Assembly: GCA_012295275.1 (NCBI GenBank)
Contig: CM022678.1
Coordinates: 4,774,001 to 4,838,000, forward strand
Direction: 5' to 3'
DNA from: Chrysomallon squamiferum
Lineage: Eukaryota; Animalia; Mollusca
DNA: 64,000 nt
Within the stretch, counting starts at the first letter, position 1. Every line of letters starts with the position of its first letter. Below the pieces are notes generated by a model, which did no database searches, was not told where the DNA came from, and saw only the letters and a list, made by a program, of their open reading frames with translations. The position numbers and the translations under genes are program-made. This document shows, one piece after another, positions 34,717 through 50,140 of this stretch.

Positions 34717-36082
34717 AGCAGAATGTAATTTCTTTCCCAGTTTAAAAAATCAGCTATTATTATTATTATTGTTGTTGTTTCTCTTGTTATTGTTGCTGTT
34801 GTTTTGGTTGGTGCTGTTGTTATGCTTGTTTAATTATTGACTGACCAACAGAAACATACCAACAAGTCAAAGTGATCACAGCCCAGGAAGGAGTTTTGTT
34901 ATCCTTAGTCGCGGAGCAAGGGATGTGGGCCATTCAAACGGTAACGGCAGACATAAACGAATTCATTCGGTGAATATCTTTTCTATCGGAATAGAGATTT
35001 TGGTTTTCGAAATAAAATCTTTGTAGAAAAAATTAAAAAATTAAAAAATATTAAGAATAAAAACTTAAAAAAGTAAAAATATATTTTAAAAAAAAGTAAA
35101 AAAGTAAAGGTAAATAAAAAATAAAAATTACGGATTAAAATGAAAATACTCTAATGTAAGATTAATGATTGAAGGAGAAAAATATTTTTAGATGAGTGAA
35201 TTATTATTATTAATTTTTTTATGTTTTGTTTTATCATGATTGTGGATAATATTAAATCGGCTACTTTCCAGTTCAGTACTAAAACATTACAGCACGTTGC
35301 TCAGTTGATAGTAGAAGGCTCTGTTGTAAAACTGACAAATGTGAATTGTCGAGAAAACCAAACGATCACACAGATAAAACGGGTATTAGACAATTATGCT
35401 GATGTTGACCTACTGATCTCTGTGTCTCAGTGTTTCTAGGCAACCCACACCTAACAGGTCTGAAATGAACAAGGTCATCATTTGTTTGCTTGACACATTA
35501 AAAAACAAGGAAGAGAGAACGTGTGGCGTACTCGGGTAGGGAGGCCTACATTTTGTCAAGTTTATATCGCTTAAAGTTTTTATTTTCTTCCATTATTACG
35601 TGGATACGTTATCGACTCTGAAAAACAAAACATGAAGGAACGAACTAATCTTCTTCATTCAGAAGCTGATACGTTAGGACTATTATAGGGAAGGTAACCA
35701 ATAGTTCTCAAGCAACAAACTGCGATTTGAGATTAGAAAATATTTCTTGCCCCATCAACCCCGTCATCGCTTGACCCATTTGATACGGACCTTAGCGTAC
35801 CCATAATTCCTAAAAAAAAAAACCTTTTTTTTTTTAGCAATGACGGCAGATTCCGAGATGTAGTGAATGCGTGTACATTCAGTTGTGTGTTTTAAAGTAT
35901 TCAGTGTAAATAAATAACTTCAGTGTTTACGGGGAACATCAGTTTAGTAACAGGGGGAGGAAAATAAAAGACACGACGTTGTTAGAGATGACAATGCTAA
36001 TGGCGCTCGCTGTCTAAATGTATCTCTGATTTATACGTGTTGTATAGCAGTGTGAGATCAAATATCAGTTTGTGTTGTGTGG

Positions 36083-36092
36083 GGGAATTTCC
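36083..36092. promoter_or_regulatory. Consensus NF-kB site GGGAATTTCC upstream of the TLR array
   Basis: Exact match to GGGRNWYYCC, ~1.4 kb 5' of module 3b; a single motif could be chance. Confidence 0.4.
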
Positions 36093-36595
36093 TGTAAGGA
36101 CGTAATTGAAAAATCTGAAAATAAAGCGAAGTACAGCTGAATAAGCAAAAGTGATATATATATATATATATATATCTATATTTAACCAAAAATATTTAGC
36201 AAGGTTTTGTAAATTAAAATAAAGTGGTAAAACTGGGTAAAATGTTAGTCGCATTTGCCCTGTCTCTTTGGGTAATCAAAAATAACACCATTTGTCACAT
36301 CACAGGCTGCTTTGGGTACTGCATGTGCAAAATGCAGTTTTTGAAGATATTTATAATACCTTGAAAAAGTTTCTTCTTTTTTTTTTCAAATATTTTTTGT
36401 TGTTGTTGTTGTTTTGCATTTGGGATTGCTATTCTTTTACATCTTCAGTGGATAATTAAAATAAATGCGTTAGCACTGCTACTAGCGATTAAACATGAGT
36501 GGTGTTTATAATCGTGTTTAGGTGTGTATATCTCTACGTGTGCGTATATAATTGTATGTGTATGTGTGTGTAAAATCCGATATGAAATGTTTCCG

Positions 36596-36694
<99 letters not shown>

Positions 36695-36702
36695 CCCCCC
36701 CC

Positions 36703-36737
<35 letters not shown>

Positions 36738-37086
36738 ATACAGAGCATACATTCACACTATCCCATTCAGCTCTATTTTGCAAGTAGCGTCATAAAGAAC
36801 CTCGCCTGTAAACAGAAATTATATTCCGCATGTAAAACGATCGAATATGACGTGGGTGAAATCAATTCCTGTCGACACTTTGATAATCCCTGTTATTATG
36901 TTGGTTCAGATACCTGCATCAGCCAACAGATCTCGCATGAAGTGGTCGTTACAGTCCACTGAGGTACTGAAAGCATCGCCGATGCTGTAGATTTTTAAAA
37001 ATCTAAACGAATTCAACTGGCATCAATGCAATATGACGTGTTTCTGGTTCGTAAATATCTCTACATTTTTCCTGTTACGTAGAAAC

Positions 37087-37195
37087 GATGGAGGGAGTTA
37101 GATAAGTATTAGATAAGTATTAATTAATACTTATTAATTAATAAGTATTAATTGATGGAGGGAGTTAGATAAGTGTTAGATAAGTATTAATTAAT
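37087..37195. repeat. 42-bp direct repeat overlapping a perfect 32-bp AT palindrome (37122-37153)
   Basis: gatggagggagttagataagt(a/g)ttagataagtattaattaat twice; aattaatacttattaa|ttaataagtattaatt between them. Confidence 0.9.
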
Positions 37196-37507
37196 TATTT
37201 CTTTTCGGTCGATAATAACAATAATAATATAAGAACAAAAATATGTTACTTTTTGTTATATAATGTCAAGTAATAATAGTTGGGTTATATGCTCCTTTTG
37301 TATATTTTATATAGTGGAGTGTTGTCTATGAAATGTCAAGTATGATCTATAAACTATACATGAAGAAAATCGTAAATTTCACATGCTGAAAGGAATTACT
37401 TAAATATTATAATTTTCTTATATTGATATAACGAAGATCCAGCGATTAATCGTATTAGTTTCAGTATAATGCACTGAAAGAAAAGCACGTACATAGCTGT
37501 CAACACA

Positions 37508-37560
<53 letters not shown>

Positions 37561-37842
37561 ATACATATATTTAAATTGTGTTTTTTATAATAAATACTAC
37601 TCAATATTGTGATGTCATAGAAAAGAGAACGTCACAGTATTATTATGTAATATAATATTATATTAATAATGTTAACTTTTTAACATCTGTTACGCAAATA
37701 GTGATAATGTTAAACAAATGATCTTACAAAGAATCTTTCTACCATCGCCTATAAGAAAAATCAATAGTCATATTTTGGTTGGAGGGTCAGATTATTTATA
37801 AAGATGAATTTTCTGCCAGCAACCTTTAAGTGTAAGTGTTTG

Positions 37843-37927
<85 letters not shown>

Positions 37928-38071
37928 CTGTGTCTGATTAAACGGGTAAAAAAATGTTCGTAACTCTTGGGCTGTTTAATTTTTAAATTGTTTATTCAAA
38001 ATCGATGAAAAGTATTGAACAAATAAATGCAGCACATGAAAACAAATAAAACAAGAAAGAATATTAAAAGC

Positions 38072-38117
<46 letters not shown>

Positions 38118-38283
38118 GAAGAAGGAGAAGAAGAAGAAGAAGAAGAAGAGAAAAAAATTTAAAAAATTAAAAGTTAAAAATAAGAAGAAACTGAAAGAAA
38201 AAAGGAGAAGAAAGAAAGAAAGAAAAAAATGACTAAATTAAGAATAAAATGAAAACAGTATCGTAAACAACAGGAACCGTAAC

Positions 38284-38344
<61 letters not shown>

Positions 38345-39749
38345 ATAAAAAGAGGAAGAAGAAGAAGAAGGAGAAATTTAAAAGAAAAAAAATCTTGTGG
38401 GTGAACCTTCGTGATTTGCTTGAATAAAATTTACAAAAACTCTCTTTAAACTCGGCCTCTCAATTTATGATGTCGTCTGTTTATTGCGATTTTATTCTCT
38501 TGTTTTCAACAGCATAATAATTTTTATCGCCTCCTTCGCTATTATTCTCGATTGACGCCGCAGTCATTTTGCAAGTGACACCTCGGTACATTACGTGAAT
38601 ATAACAAAAAGGAATGTTTAGACTTGAGCATCATAAGCTACGCGATCGCAAGTCAACTGTGTATGGCGACAAAAAAAAAAAAAAAAAAAAAATCCCAGAC
38701 CGCCGCGAAACATATGTTAAAGTTTGTTTCAGAATTGTTGGCGTTTGTTTGTTTGCTTTTCTTCTCTTTACAGTAGAATGAATCTCATTATACCACTAGT
38801 TCGAATACGACAGCTAACGAAGGAAATAAATTTGGAAGTTTAATGTGTGTAAGCTGAAGGTAATTGTTTAGTGAACATTTTATAATATACACATAAACAA
38901 ACATGTGTAGATACATACAAATATATATATACACACCCACTCGCGTATATGTATGTGTGTGTATGTGTATGTTATATATATACCAGCTACAACAACAACC
39001 ACAACCACAACAACAACAACAATACAACAATTACATGGAGACTATACATAGCCAACGGGGTGGGGAAGACAAAAGACAATCTAATTTTGCTAGGAAATCA
39101 CGTCATTTAATTATGACGTCATAAACTTGTAATGCAATTATTTATAATTTATGAACTTTTCTCTAATAATAATAAGAACAAGAATAACAACAACGACAAT
39201 AACAATAAATCTGTTGGGTTTTAAAGTAATATTACGTTGGTATTTTTAAAAGTACAGTTTTAGCAGTAACTATATTACTATGCAAGTACTGATAAACGTA
39301 TTTATTTATAAAATTATTTATTTATTAATATGATGTAGTGTTCACTCATTTATTATTATTATTGGTCGTTGTTGCTGTTGTTAGTAGTATTACTAGTACT
39401 ACTTGTACTACCATTACTACTATTATTAATGGTATTACTATTACTACTGTTACAGAAAACTTCACGAAAGAGTCCGTGATAATATATTTCTATGGACAGA
39501 AGCTCATATATTTGTGATGACTGTCCAATATCATTAAATATTGACGCTGGCGATGGTTTTAATGGAAATCAATTATACTGGAACGCTTTTTTTTTTTTTT
39601 CTTGAGCAACAATTCAACATGCTGGAACAGTCTTGGGAAAGAAGCCATTCTCAGATAACAAAATCGCTGATAATTATTTTATCGCAGAGCAATTACTCCA
39701 TACATAGTTTGGAAGAATTCTGACCGATATTGTAGCCAACATCATTAAA

Positions 39750-39781
<32 letters not shown>

Positions 39782-40357
39782 CACTTTAAGGAAAAATAAT
39801 TATACAGTAAGGCTTTACGATGTTGAGCGAATGCTCAATGTGAAAAATAAACAAACAACCCCCCAAAAAAAACCCACAAAAAACAACAACACTATAAGTG
39901 CCAGTCCTCTTGCAATTTAAAGATAAACTAAAAAAAAAAATAATAAAAAATAAATAAATACACTTAAAAAAAAAAAGAAAAAAAAAAAACATTTATCGCA
40001 TATCATTTATTATATCTTCAATCTGGATCAATGACAGCTCATTAAAAACAAGCAAATATCTTTAAAAATTACGAATGGATACCCTCGTTAGAACTGGAAA
40101 ATAATTATACTTCAACAATTTCGTACTCTAGAAACATAACGAGTAGTGCACTATAGTAAAATTTTAACTAGAGATAAACTGTAAGCTATATGAGCAGAGT
40201 TTGAGTAGAGAGTAGCCCATGTTGTGGAACAAAAAAAAAAAAAAAAGACAAAACAAAACAAAGCTGACGATTTGATACATTAAAAAAATAAACATGAATT
40301 TCAAAAACAAACGTTCGACGATAATATGCCTTTACTATCAGTAAACAATGGCATTAA

Positions 40358-40404
<47 letters not shown>

Positions 40405-40480
40405 GTAGTAGTAGTAGTAGTAGTAGTAAAAGCAGTAGCAGTAGTAGTATTGTAGTAGTAACAGCAGTAGTAGCAGTAGC

Positions 40481-40517
<37 letters not shown>

Positions 40518-41123
40518 ATTCTAGCACGTGATTAAAAATGAAAAAAAAAATGATAAATAAATAAATAAATAATGTTGGGCTTGTGCAAACATTTATTACT
40601 AACAAAGTATTAGACAACTAAATCCTTTTACCGTGACGTCATTTCATTGAAACGAATTATTTAATGGTACATTTGTTACATCCAGTTTGTAACAGACTGT
40701 TATATCATCTTATTTTTTATAACTCTTTATTTTCATATTACGATATATTCATATTAACAGATCAACAGAGACATCAGCAATTTTCATGCAACCAAGCCTC
40801 CACAGAACCTTAGAGACATTGATATGTCTGCTTATCTTGTGCGTCATTCTCAAACTACAGGGTTAGGTGTTATTTTCATCACTGATCTCTTATGTGGGTG
40901 GTTCCATTCGCCCCTCCAGCCAAACCAAAATAACGTGCTGTTACAGTACGTGGCGTTCAGGTTGGAGTAGACGCATATCTTGCATCACCAACCAACCACC
41001 CCTATGTGTTATGGCACAGTTGTAATCAGCTATGTCCAGGTCTTTGTCCTTCGTCCTGAAATAATGACCAATGTGCCATCCGAGATCATCAGCAACAACA
41101 ACAACAAAAATGTTTACATTATA

Positions 41124-41225
<102 letters not shown>

Positions 41226-41409
41226 TAAAACAAAAGATATTTTATAATTTTTTTTTTTTTTTTTTAAACGGTCAATATATACCAGCATATCTATACAATA
41301 CAAATCACTACATCAGTGTACTTGTTTAATACCTAGCTGGCCATTAACTTAATGAATCAAATTTATCAAAAAATTAATACTTGTCTTACCAAACTACTAA
41401 GTTTAGTAT

Positions 41410-41545
41410 GACAGGCGTACTATCCACCAGGACAAAGGGAAACAATCGACAAGACGACGAGCAAGATGATGGAGAGACGAACCGGATGAAAATCTCGCAG
41501 AAAATACAGCAGGACTGGAAGACGTAGAAACGATAAGTGGATCTA
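41410..41545 (+). mobile_element. Possible short, highly decayed RTE-like LINE 3' fragment
   Basis: Reads TKGNNRQ/TRRRAR*WRDE..SQKIQQDWKT, similar in style to the 5140-5240 segment. Confidence 0.35.
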
Positions 41546-43875
41546 TTATGAAACTAATAAAGCTTTCGCTTCAGGGCCTCTAATCCCACAAGTGGCACCA
41601 GAAGCGATTTTTAATCCACATTTATTCAAAATTTTAATCAAAATCTGAGATGTGTCCAAAGTTTGTAAACCTGTCATGGAGCACTATTTCTTTCGAAGGG
41701 CCCGCATAACTGTTCAAGCTTCAAGGCCCATTAAATGCAGGCAACCACTAAATATACGCAACAGCGGGATGCTGTCGTATGTATAATGATGATAACATCA
41801 GTCTGTGTATATGTCTTCTAACTATATATGTCTCTCTGCTGGCCATGTATCAGTTTGTCTCATTGTTCAGTAAGTTGAAAATTTGATATTCTATTGATTT
41901 GCTGAAGAGTCAATGGGAATATTATGTTTTTAACTTGAGAATTATATTTCTGTCATATTGTACAATTAGTGTGATGTTAACTGCTAAACCTCTGGGAATA
42001 ACATTCTCAAAATACGTCAGTTTAACAGAACATACGTTCTATACATATGTATGTGTCTCACTGAGCTTGTATTTCAATTTTCTAATGGAAATATTTCCCA
42101 AGACACAAGTAAAAGGTGAACACAATATTTTTTTTTCTTAATCCAAAGCAACACGATACAAACATCCTAACGGTTTTTGCTACTTATTCTCTATTATTTT
42201 CAACGTTTATTTAATTTTTTTTTTTTTTTTTTTTTTTAACAAAACCAGACCAGCTGGAAAGTCAGATCTGAAATTATTAATGTTGTTTCAGGTAGGATGA
42301 TTTTGAAAGCAGAAAAGAAACATAACTGATAATCGTAAATTTTTAATTTAGTAGCAACAGCATTGGGTGCATTATGACTTTTGATAATTGGTTGGGTTCT
42401 GTTATCGATGTTTTTTTTATTTTTATTTAATTTAATTTAATTTGATTTATTTATTTATTATTCTAATTTCTTGGTGCAGAAAAGACAAATTCAAAAACCA
42501 TCATGAGACCAAATCAATGGGAGGGTTTCTTTTAAAAACGAGTGTCATAATGGTTAAATGAACAGTTGTTAATGTTACCGACTCTTTTTCATTTTTACAT
42601 GAACATATTTTTAACTTCAGTTATTTTTCAGTATCATGTCTGGTGTCCATAAATACATATAAAGGATGGATACTGGATAAAAAAAATTAAATACTCTCCT
42701 ACGTTTTGAAATGAATACAAAATTGAAGACATATTCTTACAAAGCCATCCAAGAAAACAGCCAACAAAAACAGTTACATCAGTAATAACAATATTTTATT
42801 AGACTCCAACATTTAGCTTCCACATTTGGACAGTTCTGTTAAAAATAATATGACAGTAACATAACAATTATGACATCATAAATTTTTATATGAGGATACA
42901 TGAGACCTGGAGCTGTGACGTCAGTTCGTGGACTGCTTCCAGTGTGTTGGGTTTCGTAGTTGTAAACAATAGTTGTATGCATATGCAAATAAATACATTG
43001 GAGCAATATTTCGATACAGAACACAAAACAATACAACATAATTAACAATTATAAAAACAGACTATGAATTACTGTCACTGAACAAAGTGTTTTGATTCTG
43101 TTATTAAAATATAGAACACTGAAGAAATATATTATCATCTTTCATGTTCTCTCTCTATTCAGCATTAAACTTTCCTCTCTCTCTCTCTCTCTCTCACATA
43201 CATACACACAGAAACACATTCACATCCTATTTATAAAATACTTTTAATTGTTCTGACAACACTTATACATGAAAAAATAAATCAAACAAAATAACATTAA
43301 GAAAAAAAATTATAATAAAAAAAAAATTTGGAAACATAAATTTAAAAATCCATAAATTCATTTGGTCTGAAGACATCTGAATTATCAAAATAATATATAT
43401 ATATATATATATATAAGTGTTTTACAAAGAAAAATAATATAAAAATTAATTGGAAAAATAAGTAAACATACAAATAAATTTTCAAAATGCATAAATAAAA
43501 CAATTGGGGTCTACAAAATGAAAGCTGAAGTAGCTTCAACTATGCTGTTTATAGATATCATAAATATTCATGACTAGTAGCAGACATAATCAAAAATCAT
43601 TATTTGATTGAGAAATGCCTTCAAACGTTTTCAGTTAAAGGCATCTAACGAAGATTGGCAAATCTAATAAGTAATGTCTGGGACAGGTTGTTTTACTGTT
43701 TCTTTTAAAGATTATTTGTCTATATTTATATCTAACTTTGGGACGATATTAGCACTAAATGTAGCTTTGATTTAAGCACTATTTTTATACAAAGGCCTGG
43801 TGTAAAAGTAAATAATAATAATAATAGTAATAATAAAAATAATAATAACAATAATAACATAAATAAAAATAATAA

Positions 43876-43909
<34 letters not shown>

Positions 43910-45528
43910 GCAATACCAATACCAAGAATAAATAAACAAATAACATAAAAAGATGAAATACCACTATTATGACAAATTCAAAATATCAAATCAAATTTGT
44001 TTGCACACAAAACATCCATTAGATAAAAATATTGTAAACTTTATGAGCAAAAGGAAAATTAAGGAAAAATGTGCTTTAATAACAATTTATAAGTTTAGTC
44101 AGTAATGTAATTTTGCACAAATGTTATTTTGAACATAAATGCTGCAATCTGCAAAACTTAAATGTGTTTGTTTGTGTGTATACATATATATATATATATA
44201 TATATATAAAACAAAATCATCAAGTACATGAACAGAAAAAAAAAAGAATAATTATGTCAGAATGTGTAATTCTGATTCTTCTTTCATAATCATAAAAACA
44301 TTTAAATGAAAAATATAGACAATCGATAATCATTTCTCAAAAGACATATACATCCATCAGTCATTGTAATCGTTATCTAAATGATGAGATGAAATTTTTT
44401 TTTTTTTTTACAAAATATATGCATCAATCATTAACAATGCAATCATATACATGAGAAAGAAACTAGAAAGTATTTTATATCCCTCAAAATATATTGTTTT
44501 TAATCATTTTAGTCATTCTTAATCATATTAATGATCATAAGAATGACAAATGATAGGGAAAAAAAACATTAGATTAATAACCATTTCACAATTAGACCCA
44601 CATCAGCTTTATCAGAGGACTATAATCTGTATCAATATGATCCTCCTGCCTCATAATCCATTAACACAAAATCAATTTAGGCACTTGCAGATTTGCATAC
44701 ATATTAAATCTTAGACCAGCAGCCACACACACACACAGAGAGACAGACAGACACACAAGCCTCAGGGAAATAAGCTTTCCTTTTCACAATAAATGAAATG
44801 TAGAAATAACAATCGTCTATGTTAGAGACATCACTTCAACTCTTGGGAGGGATTTATTGTATTATCTGGTACAAGATTTCAATAGAATCAAACACACGAG
44901 AAGTGAATGTCAATAGGGCTGTACTGAAAACAGGATTATTCTTACTTTATCTCTCTGTTTAATTGTGTTTACTTCCGTTTCTTAAGACAGCTTGAAGAAT
45001 TAAAATTCATAAAATATATCTATCTTTTAATTAGAATATCTAGAAAACGAAAAAAAAAAAAAAAAAATAAAAAATAATTGCTTTATTTGTATTGTTGTTG
45101 TTGTGGTTATTAATAATGTACACAAAAAAAAACTGTTTAAAAATAAAAAATAAATATTTAGTTTAAAGCTTTATACCATAAAACAAAAAAAGGTAATATT
45201 CATATATATATTTTAATTTATAATTTCTATAATTAATTCCCCAACACGTTTTGATGTCCATGCTTTACTTTAAAAATCTTGTAGATGATGTTATTTTTTT
45301 ATTTATTTTCTACTTTTGAACACAGCTTATCCTTAAAACAGTTTTTATTATAATTTAAATTTTTATTTTGTATAAATGTTATTAATATTATTTTTAGCTA
45401 CTGTTTGGACATTTATTTATTTAATAATAATAATAATAAATAACAAAGAAGAACCATTTCAGCTAAAAATGTTGAAATATAGCAAATTTATTAATTTTGT
45501 TGACATAATATTACCACAAAAAAAAAAA

Positions 45529-45567
<39 letters not shown>

Positions 45568-45702
45568 ATAATAATAAAAAAAAAATTAAAAGAAAAGAAA
45601 TATTTATTATTACTAAAGGTTCTAATTAACTGGTAGATTGATTTATACTAAAACAGTTAATCTAATCTTTACAATTACTCACTGTTTGGTCCAAATTAAT
45701 GG

Positions 45703-45739
<37 letters not shown>

Positions 45740-45861
45740 TATAAATAAATAAAGATAACAAAATTTTTAATTAAATAAGAAAAATGACTGATCAATACTT
45801 CTTCACATTAACATCTCAATGAGTTCAACTCATTGTATGACGTAATTAAAATAGCATTTCC

Positions 45862-46107
45862 TTTCCTTTAATGGAAATGAACTCTTCCACTGTTGACCTT
45901 TTGACATCATATTAGCTATCAACCAATTATGACATCATACTGAATGAAGTATTTGCTAAGCAATGGCCTTGACTTATGTAATTACAACAGGATTTCCTTT
46001 AATGGAAATGGACTCTTCCACTGTTGACCTTTTGACATCATATTAGCTATCAACCAACTATGACATCATACTGAATGAAGTATTCACTAAGCAATGGCCT
46101 TGACTTA
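45862..46107. repeat. Two-copy tandem duplication, period 131 bp
   Basis: tttcctttaatggaaatg.actcttccactgttgaccttttgacatcat...gcaatggccttgactta starting at 45862 and 45993, with few mismatches. Confidence 0.93.
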
Positions 46108-46865
46108 CACCATTTGTAACAATGGATTTTCTGGTGGCACTGTTTTGTATGTGTTTTTTTTTTTTTTTTTTTTTTTAATACATCATATTCACAAACTTAT
46201 CACAAAATGTTGTAATTCTGTAGACATTGAAATCACAATTCACTATACTGTTTTGTCTGTCTAGGTGAGGAGTTTTCATTTTTTTTTTTTTTTTTTACAC
46301 ATACACAGTCTTTTCTGTCCTGATTCAGATTCACTCAATACATAATTTCATCAGTTTTGTTATTGTTGCTGTTGTTGTTTATTTTTGCTGTAATGACACC
46401 TTTGTTTTTCTCTTCACTGTATTTCTCTGTGATGTCGCCTGCATTTTTAACTTTTTCTCCACCAGATATAAACTCTATCCAACATGCTCATTATAAGACT
46501 AGTAAACAATTATATTTAGTAGTAGTGGTAGTAGTAGTAGTAGAATCTTCCAGTGTATTGGTTCATGTTATTTCAACACTTCAGACTGGGTTTAGTCTTC
46601 TTGTGTAATTCTTCAAAATTTGTTTTTCCCATTATACAGAACATCTATCCAAATTGTGTAGTCCATAATACTTTGCATGTATTGTTCGGAACCCATTACT
46701 GGACTCCACATGAATTCAGATGACAGCCAACAATCTCAACACAACGAAAAATCATCTTGGATTTTAAATCAAATAAATGAAAAGAAAACATTTTACTCCA
46801 TTAACACAAAAACAATATTGCTTTGTTCTCATATGCAAACTTGGGCGGAAAGGAATGACATCTTT

Positions 46866-46914
<49 letters not shown>

Positions 46915-46981
46915 CAAATATAATTCCGAATTTTTAAAAAAAAATTCTGGACCGGACGATGTTGTTCTCGACGATGTTGAG

Positions 46982-49900
46982 CTAAGAATGTGCAGAGTTC
47001 TTGATGGAGCACTGTAGTTTTAAAACGTAACCGTTGCCGTGGCCCATGTCTCGCCATTCGTAACCGTTTTTCGTTCGTGTCAACACAACTCGTGGTTCCA
47101 GTAAAGTATCGCAAGAAGCTTCAGGAATCTGAAATAAAAAGAAGAAATTTAATTTTAAAACACAAAAATATATCTGTGTACGTGTATGTGTGTATGAGTG
47201 TGTATAAGTATGTGTATATGAGTGTGTTTAATGTATGTATGTATGTATGTAAAGTCATAACCTGTAATAATAAAATAGATTAGGTTAATGATTTTTCAAA
47301 CACACTTCATCTCTAAAGTTTTTCTTCCTATGATACTTATGTTAATGTAATGTATATATGCATGCATGTATCTGTATGTATATGTATGTGTGTCTGTGTG
47401 TGTATGTGTGTGTATGTATGTATGTATGTGTGTGTGGATGTCAAGTGATCAACTGTAACAAATAAATTAAATTTATGGTTTTATAAATCCATAATATTTG
47501 ATGAAAAGTTGTTCCTCACTATGATAAATATGTCAATGGCCTGAATGTTTCTATAATTATTCTGTCAAATACCCTTCTGTTTTTAATCTGACTTCATTCT
47601 GTTCACAGTGATAAATTTTGATTAAAATTAATGAATGTTTGCTTAATAATAAATTTGAAGAAAGAGATTAAAGATATCTGGCTACAAAAACAGTTTCTTG
47701 AAATTATATTGGGTTTTTTTCTATTCTGAACATCAGTCTTTCCTTTGGTTTGTGAAATCTTTTCGTAAATAATTACATATAAAAAACACAACAACTTTAT
47801 AGTTATTTATTCATTTAGGTTGACAGTTAAAATTAAAATGCTAGCTCTGTGACATATCTGCAGAACAATATTTGCTCTAAATTACTTTTTATTCAAAATA
47901 AAAATCACATACATTAAAAAAAATAAAAAAATAAAAATAAAAGTGTATTATTTTCTCAAATGTTAACTTCTAATTTAACATGACCAAAAATTTAACGTAT
48001 GAAAACAGAAATATGGGTATTTAAAATTAATTCACAAACACTAATGTAACATTTTAATAATTTAAGAAATTAGTTTCTAAATTAAAAGCTTATTATCTTC
48101 GTTACCTAATTTTCATCCTGACATTTAATTTTCTGTAATCACTTAATCCTTCCTTTCCAAATTATTTTCATATCTTTACATCTTTACATCCAATCAATAG
48201 CCTTTCACTGTTTGTGCATTTAGAAAATCTCACATTAAATCCTGAATTGATTAAACAAGTTGGTAAACATCCTGATCAATAGAGTGCATATGTTGACCCT
48301 CCAGAACAACAATACAGTATTGATAAAATCATGGACCCACATACAAAAATGGAATTAAAAACAGAAATGTTTTTGCAGAAATATATATATATATATAAAC
48401 AATAATGATGATGATAAATAAGAAAGTTAAGTAATAATAATAATAATACAACAAATAAGTAAAAAAGGAGAGCACAATCATTAACTCATCCACAGATATT
48501 TTTCTCCTTACAGCTAGTGCTATGCAGTTGGTGTTACAAAGGCAATGATATGTACTGCCCTGTTTCTGGGTTGGTTCATATAAAAAAATTAAAATAAATC
48601 TATGGTTGCCAGTAGGAACCAGCATCAGTTTAGCTGTTTAATTTTTATGTAATTCATTCTCTCTCTCTCTCACACACACACTGTTCCACTCAATTTTGTA
48701 TGCACATACCTTATTGGTAAGTAACTATTTAGAAAACTATACTTTATTATTATTATTATTATAAATTAATTACACATTATACATTCATTGTACTAATAAA
48801 AGTATCTTATAATCATTATTTTATGCTTTTTTCTTTTCTTTTCTTTTTATAATTTATTCTCCCTCTTTGGCTATATTTACATTATTAAAAAACAGCTGGC
48901 ATTTTATCAATTTTTGCATTAAAGCTTCTCAGTTATCAGTATCACTTGAAATTTCACTAGTGTTTTATTAGTTTTTGTACTTAAGGTTTTGGTTGTTGTT
49001 GGACTTTGTTCTGTATTGATGACATCTGAACATGACTGTTTTGTTTGAATGTTGTTTACTTTACCCACCAAACTCATGATGAAGAATTAGCAGTGTGTTT
49101 GTCACAGTGTTGATGAAACAATATCACAGAGATGACTCAGTTAGGAAGATTTTCTTATTTTTCTCTCTGCAATCTAACTGAATGAATTTTGCAAACCTGA
49201 TATCTCTTACTTTTTCCAATAAATTGAACAGACTTTAGAGCCTCAGTCAGTCCATCTCCCTGTCTATCTATCTATCAATGGAACAATGGATTTTGCAGTC
49301 TCTCTCTCTCTCTCTCCGTCTTTTTCTCCCTCACCCTATGTTATCTCTTTCTTTAACACACACACAAACAAAATTATATGCTACCAAATTTCAGTCACAT
49401 TTCTTAGGCTGTCAGAAACATCCAATACTTATTTTAAAAACGTTTGATTATTTGCTAACAAATACTCTGGTTAATACTATTTTGGTCACTTCTTTCAGTT
49501 CACCATTACATACAAAACAGACTTCTTTGAATGTTTAGTTGACATAAAAACAATTTCAAATGATTAACTGACTGACAGAAGATGAAGAAAAAAAAAAAAA
49601 AAAAAAAAAAGAAAAAAGAAACCCATCAAAAAATAACTAGATCTCAGTCCACAATTTTTTTTTTTTTTTTTTTTTTTTAAGAACAGTTATATATCTAGAT
49701 TTCATTTGACACTGTTGTTTATTTCAAGATTTAATCAGTGAATATCAGTTCTGATCAGTCATCTTGTTGAAGTGCTGATGCATTCACATTTGTTATCTGT
49801 TTGAACAGCTCCTTTGTAAAGCTGTAATGAGCTTTTCTTTTCTTTTTTTTCTATTGACTGCTGGCAACAGACAGATTATAGTGATTTGTCCACAAAAAAA

Positions 49901-50108
49901 AGAAGTAATGTCATTAAAATAATTGTAATAGAATTACTGCTTCTTTTTTGAAAACAGTGAAAAAAGAGACACTGTCAGACACAGTGAAAAAAAAAAAAAA
50001 AAAAGAAAAAAAAAGCTTGTACATAGAGAGGGGAAGTAATAAGATTGAGAGAGATTGAGAGATTGAAGCAGAGAGAGAGAGAGAGAGAGAGTGTGTGAGA
50101 GAGAGAGA

Positions 50109-50140
<32 letters not shown>

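Noticed and set aside
35221-35439. 72-aa ORF inside block U
   Set aside because: Other U copies have indels or stops in this frame.
46914-47114. Track ORFs 46914-47114 and 57369-57578 as the coding frames
   Set aside because: Splice phases select different frames that join continuously with exon 53456-53306.
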